A stretch of 63,962 nt of DNA, counting the filler, from an uncultured bacterium (lineage in GTDB: Bacteria; CAZDME01; JAYEMH01): NCBI GenBank assembly GCA_964506785.1. It is 3 parts of 3 records of this genome, joined end to end, with 100 filler letters (N's around TTAATTAATTAA, not from the genome) between each part and the next. Parts side by side here need not be neighbours in the genome. Positions count along the whole stretch, not along the records: positions 31,571 to 60,248 come from CAZDME010000012.1; 2 more parts are not named here. One strand, written 5' to 3'. Position numbers and translations under genes: made by a program. Shown piece by piece: positions 38,799 through 47,880 of the stretch (positions within the stretch are counted from its first letter, which is position 1; each line of letters opens with the position of its first letter). Under the pieces are notes generated by a model. The model had not been told where the DNA came from. It did not search any database and was given only the letters and a program-made list of their open reading frames with translations.

Positions 38799-39827
38799 TC
38801 ATACAGCTATCATTTTGCCGGCTGCCTTTATTACTTCCTCAACGGTAATCCTTTCCATACAAATATTTCTCCCCCAGCGGCACCTTTGCGGACAAGGGCT
38901 GCAGTCCAGATTTTTATAGATAATCTGATTCCCCCCGCTTTGAGGACCCCAGCGCCGGGGGTCCTGAGGACCAAACATGACTAAAGTTGGAAGACCGACG
39001 GCCGCGGCTACATGCATCGCCCCGGTATCAGTACCAATAAAAAGCTTGGCTTTTTCATATAAACAGGCTAATTCCCTGATGGTAAATTCGCCAGCAGCAA
39101 TTAATGGCTTCTCTTTCATTAAACTGGAAATTTTCTCTATTCCCCCCTTTTCCGCAGGCGTCCCGGTAAAAATAACCTCTATTGGAAAATTTCTTATCAG
39201 GTAATCGGCAAGCTTTGCATAATTCTCTTTTGGCCAGCGCCTTCCCCACCAGCCGCCGGAGGGGTGAATAATGATAAAATTTGTAATATTTCTCTTTCTT
39301 AACCAATTTTCTATTTTTTCCTGTTCATTGGGATTAAGCCAAATTTCCAAATCCGGATTTTTAGCTTGAATCCCCAGTGGTTTAATTACCTCTAAAAGAT
39401 TTTCTGCTTCATACCGAAAAGAATCAGAAAAATAAACATTATTTAGAAAAAACCTCCACCCCTTGGTATTATAGCCTAAACGAACCCTTGCTCCAGCCAG
39501 CCAGGAAAGTGCTGCGTAACGCCGGGAATGATGAAGTACAACTATCAGGTCAAACTTCTCTCTTCGCCATCTTTCAAGAAGTCTCAAGCTTTGGAATAGA
39601 TTGAGTTTCTTCCCCCTTTTATTAAAAACGATTATTTTACTAAAATAAGGGTTGCTTTTTAAAAGAGCAAGTTGTCCCGGCTGATTCCGTAAGCTTAAAG
39701 ATAAATTTGCCTCCGGGAATTTTTTTTTCAGCGCCCGAAAGACCGGAACGGCTACCAGTAAATCGCCGATTCCCGGAAATCCCAGGACAACCAGGATATT
39801 CTTAATTTGTATATTTTTGATGTCCAT
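38799..39827 (-). CDS. GT9 heptosyltransferase
   Basis: GIGDLLVAVP, RRWP, IGTDTGAMHVAAA, FGPQDP. Confidence 0.9.
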   Translation of the reverse strand: MDIKNIQIKNILVVLGFPGIGDLLVAVPVFRALKKKFPEANLSLSLRNQPGQLALLKSNPYFSKIIVFNKRGKKLNLFQSLRLLERWRREKFDLIVVLHHSRRYAALSWLAGARVRLGYNTKGWRFFLNNVYFSDSFRYEAENLLEVIKPLGIQAKNPDLEIWLNPNEQEKIENWLRKRNITNFIIIHPSGGWWGRRWPKENYAKLADYLIRNFPIEVIFTGTPAEKGGIEKISSLMKEKPLIAAGEFTIRELACLYEKAKLFIGTDTGAMHVAAAVGLPTLVMFGPQDPRRWGPQSGGNQIIYKNLDCSPCPQRCRWGRNICMERITVEEVIKAAGKMIAV

Positions 39828-39921
39828 CGTAAATCAAGAGACTATCTAAAAGCGGATAATTAAAAACGCAAAACCACAGCGTAAAATTTGCGGGCAGTGG
39901 CCAAAGCAACTAACTGGATAA

Positions 39922-40998
39922 CTATTTCAATAATTCTTCATAAACCTTTTCTATGTGTTGAGCCATTTTGCGGACATCAAAGTTATCTTCTACTTTTCTG
40001 CGCCCGGCTTTGCCTAAAAATTTTCTTAACTCTTCATTTTCGGCTAACCTGATTATTGCCCTGGCCAAACCCTTGGAATCTCCCGGATTAACTAACAATC
40101 CATCCGCTTCATCATTAATTACTGAAGGAATCCCTCCGACCCGGCTGGCTACTACTGCTTTACCGCAAGCCATCGCTTCCAGAATGGCAATTCCTAAACC
40201 TTCCTGTAAAGAAGGCTGGACAAATATATCGATAAGTTTTAAAGCCCGGGAACTTTCTAAATACTCTATCCGGATAATTCTCCTATCGTCCGGAAGGGAT
40301 AAAACAGAAGGATATCTTTTCCCGCCGCTTCCGACAAGCACAAATTTTATACCTGGCCTTTTTAATGAAGCTATCGCTTCCAAAAAAACCTTATGACCTT
40401 TTTCCGGAGAAAACCGCCCAATCATACCAACAGTAACAGCGCTGTCCAAACCAAACCTCTGGCGCATCTTTTTGTCTTTTTCATCTAACCCGGGAGAAAA
40501 TTTTTCTAAATCCACCCCGGTAAATATTAACTCCACTTTTTCTTTAGGTAATTTGAACTCGTCTAATAAATGTTCCTTAACTGCCGGGCTGATAGCAATA
40601 GTTTTCTCTCCCCAGGCAGGAAATATTTTTCTTCCCCAGCGGACTTTATAGTATCCATGAGCCGTAGTCAGCCAGCTGACGCTGGTTCTCCGGGAAAGCT
40701 GGCATCCGACACAGTGCGTTACCCGGGTATGGGTATGAAGAACTTCGATTTTCTCTTTATTTATAATATTTTTTAAACGGAAAGCGGCCAGCCAGAGCTT
40801 AGGGCTTAATTCTGATTTAGTCTTTATGGGTACAAAAAAATGCCTTATGCCGGCTTTTTCGAATTCAGACACAAAACTGCCGCCGCTGGAAGCAACAAAA
40901 ACAGCCTCGCCTCTCTCCAGGAGTGCTCTGGATAAATTATAAATATAGCTGGCAATCCCGCCGTGATTAAGATGGGTAGTAAAATGGAGTATTTTCAA
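39922..40998 (-). CDS. GT4 glycosyltransferase
   Basis: HTHTR, TTAHG, GRFSPEKG, EGLGIAILEAMACG, VGGIP. Confidence 0.9.
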   Translation of the reverse strand: MKILHFTTHLNHGGIASYIYNLSRALLERGEAVFVASSGGSFVSEFEKAGIRHFFVPIKTKSELSPKLWLAAFRLKNIINKEKIEVLHTHTRVTHCVGCQLSRRTSVSWLTTAHGYYKVRWGRKIFPAWGEKTIAISPAVKEHLLDEFKLPKEKVELIFTGVDLEKFSPGLDEKDKKMRQRFGLDSAVTVGMIGRFSPEKGHKVFLEAIASLKRPGIKFVLVGSGGKRYPSVLSLPDDRRIIRIEYLESSRALKLIDIFVQPSLQEGLGIAILEAMACGKAVVASRVGGIPSVINDEADGLLVNPGDSKGLARAIIRLAENEELRKFLGKAGRRKVEDNFDVRKMAQHIEKVYEELLK

Positions 40999-41128
40999 TG
41001 TTTTGTTCTTTCCTTTTTACCAGACGCGCTTGCCTGGATACGCCATATTTTTTCGGCGGACGGGTTCTGCGTTTTCGTCGTTTATTTTTATGTAACTAAG
41101 GCAAAATTGTATTACTGCGCCCGGCACA

Positions 41129-42130
41129 CTATCCATTAATATGCAAAATCTGCTTAATTTTCCCCAATATTTCTTCAACCTCAATCAGCTGCATACACTG
41201 TTGATGGGAACATTTTTTTCGATAACAGGGCTGGCAGGAGAGTTCTTTTTTAACAATATATAAATTGGCTGCAGGAACAGTATGCCGCCTGGGATCAGTA
41301 GGGCCAAACAAAGCTATTGTTGGTATTTCTAAAGCCTGAGCCAGATGCATTGGCCCGGTATCGTGGCTGATAAAGGCGGAACTCTCTTTTATAACCCCAG
41401 CCAGTTGAATCAAATTTGTCTGTCCCGCCAAATCCTGTCCTTTTTCTTTCATTGCTTTTTTAATTCGTCCGACTTTATCTTTTTCTCTTTTCCCTCCGAG
41501 AAAAACTACTTCATACTTTAGCCTCTTTATCAAGATATCGGCCAGGCGGGCAAAAGAAAGTTCGCTCCAACATTTGCTATCCCAGCCTTTTCCTGCTCCG
41601 GGAAGGATAGCGATATAAGGCCTTCTTAATTGAAAAGAGGGCTTAGGAGGCGGGGCGCATTCTAATTTAAAGTCATCTAAACTCACTCCGATTTTTGAAA
41701 GAAGCCAGGCCTGGTGCTCTACGGGATGGACTTTTTCAGGACCGGATACAGCTATAGTCAATAAAATCCTCCCGCCTTTTCTTCGATAACCCAATCTATT
41801 TTTCGCTCCTGCCCTAAAAGCCAGGAAGTGACTGCGCCATGTATTTTGGAAATCGATACTCAAATCAAAATTTTCTCTTCGTAATTTAGGGATTAAATGT
41901 CTCCAGTTTTGTTCGGGAAACTCTATAAAGTTGTCAATATAACCAAGCGGATGTAAAAATTCTTTATATTCTTTTTTACCCAGAAGATAAATTTCTGCCC
42001 GGGGGAATCCCCTTCGGATGACCCTGAGAGACGGCACGATTAAAATAACATCCCCCAGGGCACTCCATTTAAATATAAGAATTTTTTTTACTCCGCCCTC
42101 CCCGAATTGTCTAATGGGGTTTATTGGCAT
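41129..42130 (-). CDS. GT9 heptosyltransferase (WaaC/WaaF-like)
   Basis: KWSALGDV, SKCW, ISHDTGPMHLA, FGPTDP. Confidence 0.9.
   Translation of the reverse strand: MPINPIRQFGEGGVKKILIFKWSALGDVILIVPSLRVIRRGFPRAEIYLLGKKEYKEFLHPLGYIDNFIEFPEQNWRHLIPKLRRENFDLSIDFQNTWRSHFLAFRAGAKNRLGYRRKGGRILLTIAVSGPEKVHPVEHQAWLLSKIGVSLDDFKLECAPPPKPSFQLRRPYIAILPGAGKGWDSKCWSELSFARLADILIKRLKYEVVFLGGKREKDKVGRIKKAMKEKGQDLAGQTNLIQLAGVIKESSAFISHDTGPMHLAQALEIPTIALFGPTDPRRHTVPAANLYIVKKELSCQPCYRKKCSHQQCMQLIEVEEILGKIKQILHING
42100..42123. repeat. Short or half copy of the TIR element, in frame at the GT9 N-terminus
   Basis: Minus strand TAA-ACCCCATTAGACAATTCGGGG begins at the stop codon of the upstream GT4 gene. Confidence 0.45.
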
Positions 42131-43227
42131 TTTAAGCACTCTCGATAAACCTCAATTGTTTCCCGACACATTTTATCCAAATTAAACTCTTTTAAAACCT
42201 TTTCTTTGCCTCTTTGGGCCATTCCCTCGGCCTCTTTTCTATGCTCAAGCATCCACTCGATGGCTTGCGATAAAGCTAAAGCATCTCCGGCTTTAACCAA
42301 TTTCCCGGCCATATCATTTTCGATGATATCTTTTACCCCGCCTAAATCGGCCGCTACCACTGGCTTTGTTAAAGCCAGCGCTTCGATCACTACCCGGCCG
42401 AAAGATTCCGGTTCGATTGAGGGGAAAACCAGTAAATCAAAAGCGGAAATAATCCTCAAAACATCGTCCCGCCTTCCGGTAAAAATTACCTCATTCTCGA
42501 GTTTTTCTTCCCGAACTTTCGCCTTAAGCTTTTTAAAAAACTTTTCTTTAGCCGCCTCTCCGACAATCAAGGCACGGAAAGAATAGTTTCTTCTTTTTAA
42601 ATGAGTTAAAGCCTCCAGAAAAAGCAAAGGCCCTTTACGCGGAGTTAAACGGCCAACCATACCAAAAAGGTACTTAGCTTCTCCAGCTAATTGCCGGCGC
42701 AGTCTAAGAGAATCCTCCGGGTTATAACTTTTTTTGAGCTTTTCAAAATCAATGCTGCGATGGATAACCCGCAATTTCTCTTCAGGTATCCGGAAAGTTC
42801 TTTTCATATATTCCTTCAAAGGGAAGCTGACCGTAATCACCCGTTTCCCAAAACCCATTACCCGGCTGCCCCAGTGACTCCGATAAAACCCATGAGCAGT
42901 AGTAACAAAGGGAACCTTTTCCTTTTTAGAGGCAAAATAGCCAATCCAGGCCGGAACGCGAGAACGGGCATGAACCAAGTCAATGCTTTCATCCTTTATG
43001 ATTTTTCTAACCGGCCCGATGAGAGAACAAATGGAAAATATAGATTTGCGATGGATAGGCAGTGCATAATGCTTAATATTTGTGCCTCCTAATTCTTGAA
43101 TCAGGCGGCCGCCATTAGATACGATAACGGCTCGATTGCCTCTCTTAACTAAACCCTTGGCTAAATCGATTGTTCCTCTTTCTACCCCGCCTAATTCAAG
43201 ATTAGGCAGCATCTGTAAGATATTCAT
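42121..43227 (-). CDS. GT4 glycosyltransferase
   Basis: GGVERGT, HARSRVPAW, TTAHG, GRLTPRKG, ESFGRVVIEA. Confidence 0.92.
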   Translation of the reverse strand: MNILQMLPNLELGGVERGTIDLAKGLVKRGNRAVIVSNGGRLIQELGGTNIKHYALPIHRKSIFSICSLIGPVRKIIKDESIDLVHARSRVPAWIGYFASKKEKVPFVTTAHGFYRSHWGSRVMGFGKRVITVSFPLKEYMKRTFRIPEEKLRVIHRSIDFEKLKKSYNPEDSLRLRRQLAGEAKYLFGMVGRLTPRKGPLLFLEALTHLKRRNYSFRALIVGEAAKEKFFKKLKAKVREEKLENEVIFTGRRDDVLRIISAFDLLVFPSIEPESFGRVVIEALALTKPVVAADLGGVKDIIENDMAGKLVKAGDALALSQAIEWMLEHRKEAEGMAQRGKEKVLKEFNLDKMCRETIEVYRECLKCQ

Positions 43228-43268
43228 AACTCTTCACCGTTTTATAGACCGTAGGATATAACTTTTTC

Positions 43269-43310
43269 CCTACCACCTATTACCTAAAACCTATTACCTG
43301 TCACCTATTA
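43269..43310 (-). repeat. Heptamer tandem array (6 units), same family as 33741-33847
   Basis: cctacca cctatta cctaaaa cctatta cctgtca cctatta; contains the stop codon of the upstream gene. Confidence 0.8.
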
Positions 43311-45259
43311 TTAGCTGAAAGCAGTGTTTCTTTTACTCTTTCAATCGCCTTTTCAGTATCATTGAGGACTTTAGGCGCAGATCCTTCTAAAAGCAGACGG
43401 TTGATTACCTGGCTGAGATTATCGGCTCTGGCCAAATATAAATAACCTTTTTGAACCAAATTGTTGATTGTCTCCAAATGTTTAGGAAGCTTGCCTTTGG
43501 TTTTTCTATCGACTTGCAGAACAATAATTTTTTTCGCCGAGCTGGCTGCTTCGGCAATCATAGAAATACTGTCTTCGGTTACAACTACTGCTTCGCTCAG
43601 GCCTAAAATCCCACCCACGGGATTATATGAATCCTGCCGGGGAGAAATAAATAGCTCTAAATCAGGAAAATTCCTCAATTCCTCTTTAAATTGCCTTTCA
43701 ACCTGAATAGGGGTGCGGCGGGAAGTGGTAAATAAAAGCTTGAATTTATGAGTCTCACAGATTTTCTTTATCTCTTCAACCACCTTTCTTAAAGTACCCC
43801 TGGACAGCGAAAAGTGACGAGTTTCTCCTCCAATAAGCAGACCCAGGAATTTATCGCCCTTTAAAGAAAATTTATCTTTTAAGGTTTTCCCAAGGGGAAC
43901 AAAATCTTCCTTCCTCAAAGGGTGAAGAGAAGCAAATACGGTCAAAACATTTTTTACTATGGGCAAGTGGTCATGCTTGGGAGCAATCACCAGATCAAAA
44001 GATTTGATATCCATTATTCCTGGTTTCATACAGACAATTTTTTTGGCACCGGTAAATCTGCCGTATAAAAGGTTAAAAGCGGCCAGGGAACTGCCAGCAG
44101 AAATAATCGCCTGAGGGAAAAAAGAGTTTAATTTCTGGAAGGAATTTTCGGTCAAAGACTTTTTCAGGAAGAACTTAATTAAACAATGGTTCTTCGCGAT
44201 GGGGGCTAATAAAGGAAGGAAAATTTTCCAAATTTTACTTTGAAAATCTATTTTTACCTCTAGGACTTTTGCCGCCGGAAATCCCCGGGCGATTCCCCAC
44301 GATTGCCTTAAATGCCCGGCTTTGCCGTCGCTTAAAATCATTATATTAACCTTTTTTACATTAAAGTTCCCCTCTGCTATCGGCCGGGTTTTCCACCGCC
44401 GATGAACCCAAAGCCACTGGCCCGGATAAAGCCAAATATAGGATTCAAGTATCCGGCTAAACTCCTGAAGGCTGTTTTTCACTATTGCCTCTTTATAATC
44501 GCCGGTTTTCTTGGGCTCCAAATGAAGGGGCGGATGAACATAAATTTTATGTTTAAACCCGGAACGTATAATAAAACAGGGAAGAATTGGCACTCCGGTT
44601 CTTAAAGCAAGCAGAATTGGCCCGGGGTGAGTTGACGCTGGATGGCGGAAAAAATTTACGAATACCCCCCGGCGGCCCGCGTCCTGATCCCCTAAAACAC
44701 CGACAAATTCATTTTTACGCAAAGCCGTTATTAAATCGCGGACGGCCATTCCTTTAGTGTAAACTTTGATTCCAGAATTCGCTCGATATTGATTGAGAAG
44801 AAAATTCAGCCGGCTTTTTTTTTGCTCTCGAGCCAGGGCATTCAAGGAATAACCTTTGAGACTTGCCCAAACAGCCGAAAGCTCCCAGTTGCCCAAATGG
44901 GCGGTGAGTAAAATCCCGCCTCTGCCTTGCGAATGAACCATATCCAAATATTCCCTTCCTTCAATAGAAATAAAACTGTCTACTGATTTACTGTTCAATT
45001 TGGGGAAACGAAGGATTTCAAAGAAACTCTGGCTTAAATTCATGAAAGACCGGCGGGCAATTTTTTTAAATTCCGAATCGGTCTTTGTCACTCCAAAAGC
45101 CCTTCTAAGATTAAGAAGGCTGATCTGGCTGTGTTTCCGGTCAAGAAAATAAATTAAACTACCGATTAATCCCCCCAAAAAAATTACCAGTTTTTGTGGC
45201 AGGATTCTAACTATTAAACCCAGAAATTTAACCGTTAAATATTCAAGATAGCCAAGCAT
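43301..45259 (-). CDS. Fusion: LpxL/HtrB lipid A acyltransferase plus ELM1/GtrOC1-family domain
   Basis: N-half: TAHLGNWE, LGDQD, FFRHPAST, PGQWLWVHRRWKT. C-half: LSDGKAGHLRQS, FDLVIAPKHD, LLIGG, TTSRRTP, VTEDSISMIAEA. Confidence 0.88.
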   Translation of the reverse strand: MLGYLEYLTVKFLGLIVRILPQKLVIFLGGLIGSLIYFLDRKHSQISLLNLRRAFGVTKTDSEFKKIARRSFMNLSQSFFEILRFPKLNSKSVDSFISIEGREYLDMVHSQGRGGILLTAHLGNWELSAVWASLKGYSLNALAREQKKSRLNFLLNQYRANSGIKVYTKGMAVRDLITALRKNEFVGVLGDQDAGRRGVFVNFFRHPASTHPGPILLALRTGVPILPCFIIRSGFKHKIYVHPPLHLEPKKTGDYKEAIVKNSLQEFSRILESYIWLYPGQWLWVHRRWKTRPIAEGNFNVKKVNIMILSDGKAGHLRQSWGIARGFPAAKVLEVKIDFQSKIWKIFLPLLAPIAKNHCLIKFFLKKSLTENSFQKLNSFFPQAIISAGSSLAAFNLLYGRFTGAKKIVCMKPGIMDIKSFDLVIAPKHDHLPIVKNVLTVFASLHPLRKEDFVPLGKTLKDKFSLKGDKFLGLLIGGETRHFSLSRGTLRKVVEEIKKICETHKFKLLFTTSRRTPIQVERQFKEELRNFPDLELFISPRQDSYNPVGGILGLSEAVVVTEDSISMIAEAASSAKKIIVLQVDRKTKGKLPKHLETINNLVQKGYLYLARADNLSQVINRLLLEGSAPKVLNDTEKAIERVKETLLSANNR

Positions 45260-46310
45260 CTAATATTTCTCCACCGACAACAACCTTTAATTCAACTTTG
45301 AGAATTAATATAGGGAAATCCACCGAGACCTCGGGCAACCTTACCTCATCTTTTTCCGTAGTCACAATAAACTCAGCTTTTTTAAATCGGGCTAAATTCA
45401 TAACGTCCGCTAAATCTTTCGCTTGGTAATAGTAATGGTCGGGATAAATCGCCTCCCCGACTAATTTCCCTCCAAGCTGAAGAAGCGAATAGCGAAAGGA
45501 ACTGGGTGCTCCAAGGCTGGCCAGCATAAAAATCGGTTTTTTATAAATACAATCCTTTGTCCTTATCTCTTTCTTCGGCCAAAGGCTGAATTCGACTGGC
45601 TCATAAATAGTTTCCACTACAGGGGCCAGGGAGTTAAATTTTCTTATCTTTTTCTTCAAAACATCGACTTGAACATTCCCTTCGTTAACTTTAGAAAGGA
45701 AAATTAGATTAGCTCTTTTTAACTCACCCAGTGGTTCTCTTAAAATGCCTGCCGGAATCAGCCATCGATTACCAAAAGGATTAGTACTATCAATCACCAC
45801 CAAATCCACGTTTCTCTTTAATGACCAATGCTGAAATCCATCGTCAAGAATAATAACTTCCGGCTGAAACCTCTGAATCGCCCATTTTCCGTTAAAATAG
45901 CGCCTGCCGCCAACAATTACCGGTACCCCTGGCAGTTTCCTGGCTAATAGATATGACTCATCGCCGGCTTCTTTAACCCCGGCTAAAACTCTAGCCTTAT
46001 CTGAAACCAGAAGAATCTTTTTTCTCGCCCCTTTACGGCCATAGCCCCGGCTTAAAATAACTATTCTTTTAAACTTGAGCTTCCGGGCAATGAACTCTAC
46101 CAATGGTGTCTTGCCTGTTCCTCCCAAAGTTATGTTTCCCACACTAATGATTTGACAGGGCAGTGACTGGCTTTTTCTCAGACCTGCTTTATACAAGGAC
46201 TTGCGCAGAATGAAGAAAAAATAATAAAAAACCGCCAAAGGCCAAAATAGAATAATCGAAAATTCGGTCTTAAGCAGCCACTTATAAATCTTATCTAAGA
46301 TTTTTTTCAT
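45243..46310 (-). CDS. lpxK: Tetraacyldisaccharide 4'-kinase
   Basis: SVGNITLGGTGKTP, LSRGYG, GDE, LDDGFQH, PDHY, TTEKD. Confidence 0.96.
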   Translation of the reverse strand: MKKILDKIYKWLLKTEFSIILFWPLAVFYYFFFILRKSLYKAGLRKSQSLPCQIISVGNITLGGTGKTPLVEFIARKLKFKRIVILSRGYGRKGARKKILLVSDKARVLAGVKEAGDESYLLARKLPGVPVIVGGRRYFNGKWAIQRFQPEVIILDDGFQHWSLKRNVDLVVIDSTNPFGNRWLIPAGILREPLGELKRANLIFLSKVNEGNVQVDVLKKKIRKFNSLAPVVETIYEPVEFSLWPKKEIRTKDCIYKKPIFMLASLGAPSSFRYSLLQLGGKLVGEAIYPDHYYYQAKDLADVMNLARFKKAEFIVTTEKDEVRLPEVSVDFPILILKVELKVVVGGEILDAWLS

Positions 46311-46454
46311 TATCTAATTATCTAAATCAGCCAAAATTTAAAATTCCCCGGAACATCGGCGAAAAAGCCAAAACGGAAAACTACAGCGGAAAATTCAAAA
46401 TTTTAAAACCGCCCTGTTCGAATGTCAAACTTAAGAGCATTTAGATATTTTAAG

Positions 46455-46499
46455 ATGCACAAAACTAAATAGACAGACAATTTGCTTTTGAAGGGATTT
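46455..46499. repeat. ~45-bp intergenic repeat, copy 2
   Basis: Aligns with 38726-38769. Confidence 0.65.
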
Positions 46500-46569
46500 G
46501 CCTGAATTCTTCGCTATTAGATTTAATGAAGTATTTCCGCATTATAAATTTAAATTTTGAATATGGTTT

Positions 46570-47877
46570 TTAGCCTTGCGCTTTAACTTTCCCTTCCTTC
46601 CCCAGGTATTCTTTAATAAATTCAAAATTTCTTGCGCTTGCTCCTTTATAACTATTTATAATCTGCTCGGCTTTATCTTTTATGCCGCCCCTTAAGTCTT
46701 TATCCTTTAAAAGAGAGGATATCTTCTGGCAAAGTTCACCTTCATTTTGAACCCGAAAAGCAATCTTTGAATTCTCAAAAAGCTCAGCAATTTCCTGAAA
46801 ATTAGCCATATAAGGGCCAAAGACGGTGGGCTTGCCAAAATTAATTGGTTCAAGGATATTTTGACCCCCTTTCGGGACTAAGCTGCCGCCGACAAAAACG
46901 ACACTGGCGATGCTGTAAAATCCGGCTAATTCACCGAGAGTATCTAAAACAAAAACTGAAACCGCTTTCTGTCCTTCCCCTTTTAGATGTGTCCGGCGGG
47001 CAAAAGGGACTCCCGACTGATTAATCATCTTTTCAACTTCGGCTAATCGCTCTAAATGCCGTGGACAAAGGATAAGACGCAAATTACTAAATTCTTTCCT
47101 TAATTTAAGGAAGCAATTTAAAACAATTTTCTCCTCGCCCGGGTGAGTGCTGCCAGCGAGAAAAATCAAATCCTGGCTGGATAGTTTTAATTCCTCTATC
47201 AACCTCTCAATACTTTTTGATTCTGTTTTTTTCAAAGAATCGAATTTGGTATTTCCGGTAATCTCGACCCGGCGAGAATCTGCTCCTAAAGAAATAATTC
47301 TCTGGGCATCCCTTTCAGTCTGCATGCCAAAGAAGGAAACATAACTTAAAACTTTGCGAAAAAACCTACCGGCTTTTTTATACCGCCTATAAGAAGATGC
47401 CGATATCCGGCCGTTAAAAACAATTATAGGGACACGAAGGCTGTATGCTTTCCTTAAAAAATTAGGCCAGAACTCGCTTTCCGCGATGATAAAAACAGCC
47501 GGTTTTATTATATGCAAAAATCTGGCCGCCAAGAAAAAAATATCCAGGGGAAAGTAAACAAATCTTGCCTGGAATATCTCTTTTTTGGCAATTTCCTGTC
47601 CGGTCTCCGTAGTGGTAGAGATAACCAATTGATAATCCGGGAAATTTTTTTTAATTAACTCTATTAAAGGGAGACTGGCTAGAATTTCACCAACGGAAAC
47701 AGCATGCAGCCAAATATTATTTTGACTCCTTAAAACCTCTCTTTTGGCTTTAGAAATAAAACCTAATTTCTGTTTGAGCCCAGAACGATAACAGGGCTTT
47801 AAAATAGCCCTAAATAAAAAATATGGGAAAGCCAAGAGAAAAAGTACGGAAATGGTTAAATTATAAAGGGAATACAT
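46570..47877 (-). CDS. waaA: Kdo transferase
   Basis: IWLHAVSVGE, STTTETG, ESEFWPN, GSTHPGEE, PRHLER, GGQNILEP. Confidence 0.96.
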   Translation of the reverse strand: MYSLYNLTISVLFLLAFPYFLFRAILKPCYRSGLKQKLGFISKAKREVLRSQNNIWLHAVSVGEILASLPLIELIKKNFPDYQLVISTTTETGQEIAKKEIFQARFVYFPLDIFFLAARFLHIIKPAVFIIAESEFWPNFLRKAYSLRVPIIVFNGRISASSYRRYKKAGRFFRKVLSYVSFFGMQTERDAQRIISLGADSRRVEITGNTKFDSLKKTESKSIERLIEELKLSSQDLIFLAGSTHPGEEKIVLNCFLKLRKEFSNLRLILCPRHLERLAEVEKMINQSGVPFARRTHLKGEGQKAVSVFVLDTLGELAGFYSIASVVFVGGSLVPKGGQNILEPINFGKPTVFGPYMANFQEIAELFENSKIAFRVQNEGELCQKISSLLKDKDLRGGIKDKAEQIINSYKGASARNFEFIKEYLGKEGKVKAQG

Positions 47878-47880
47878 CTT

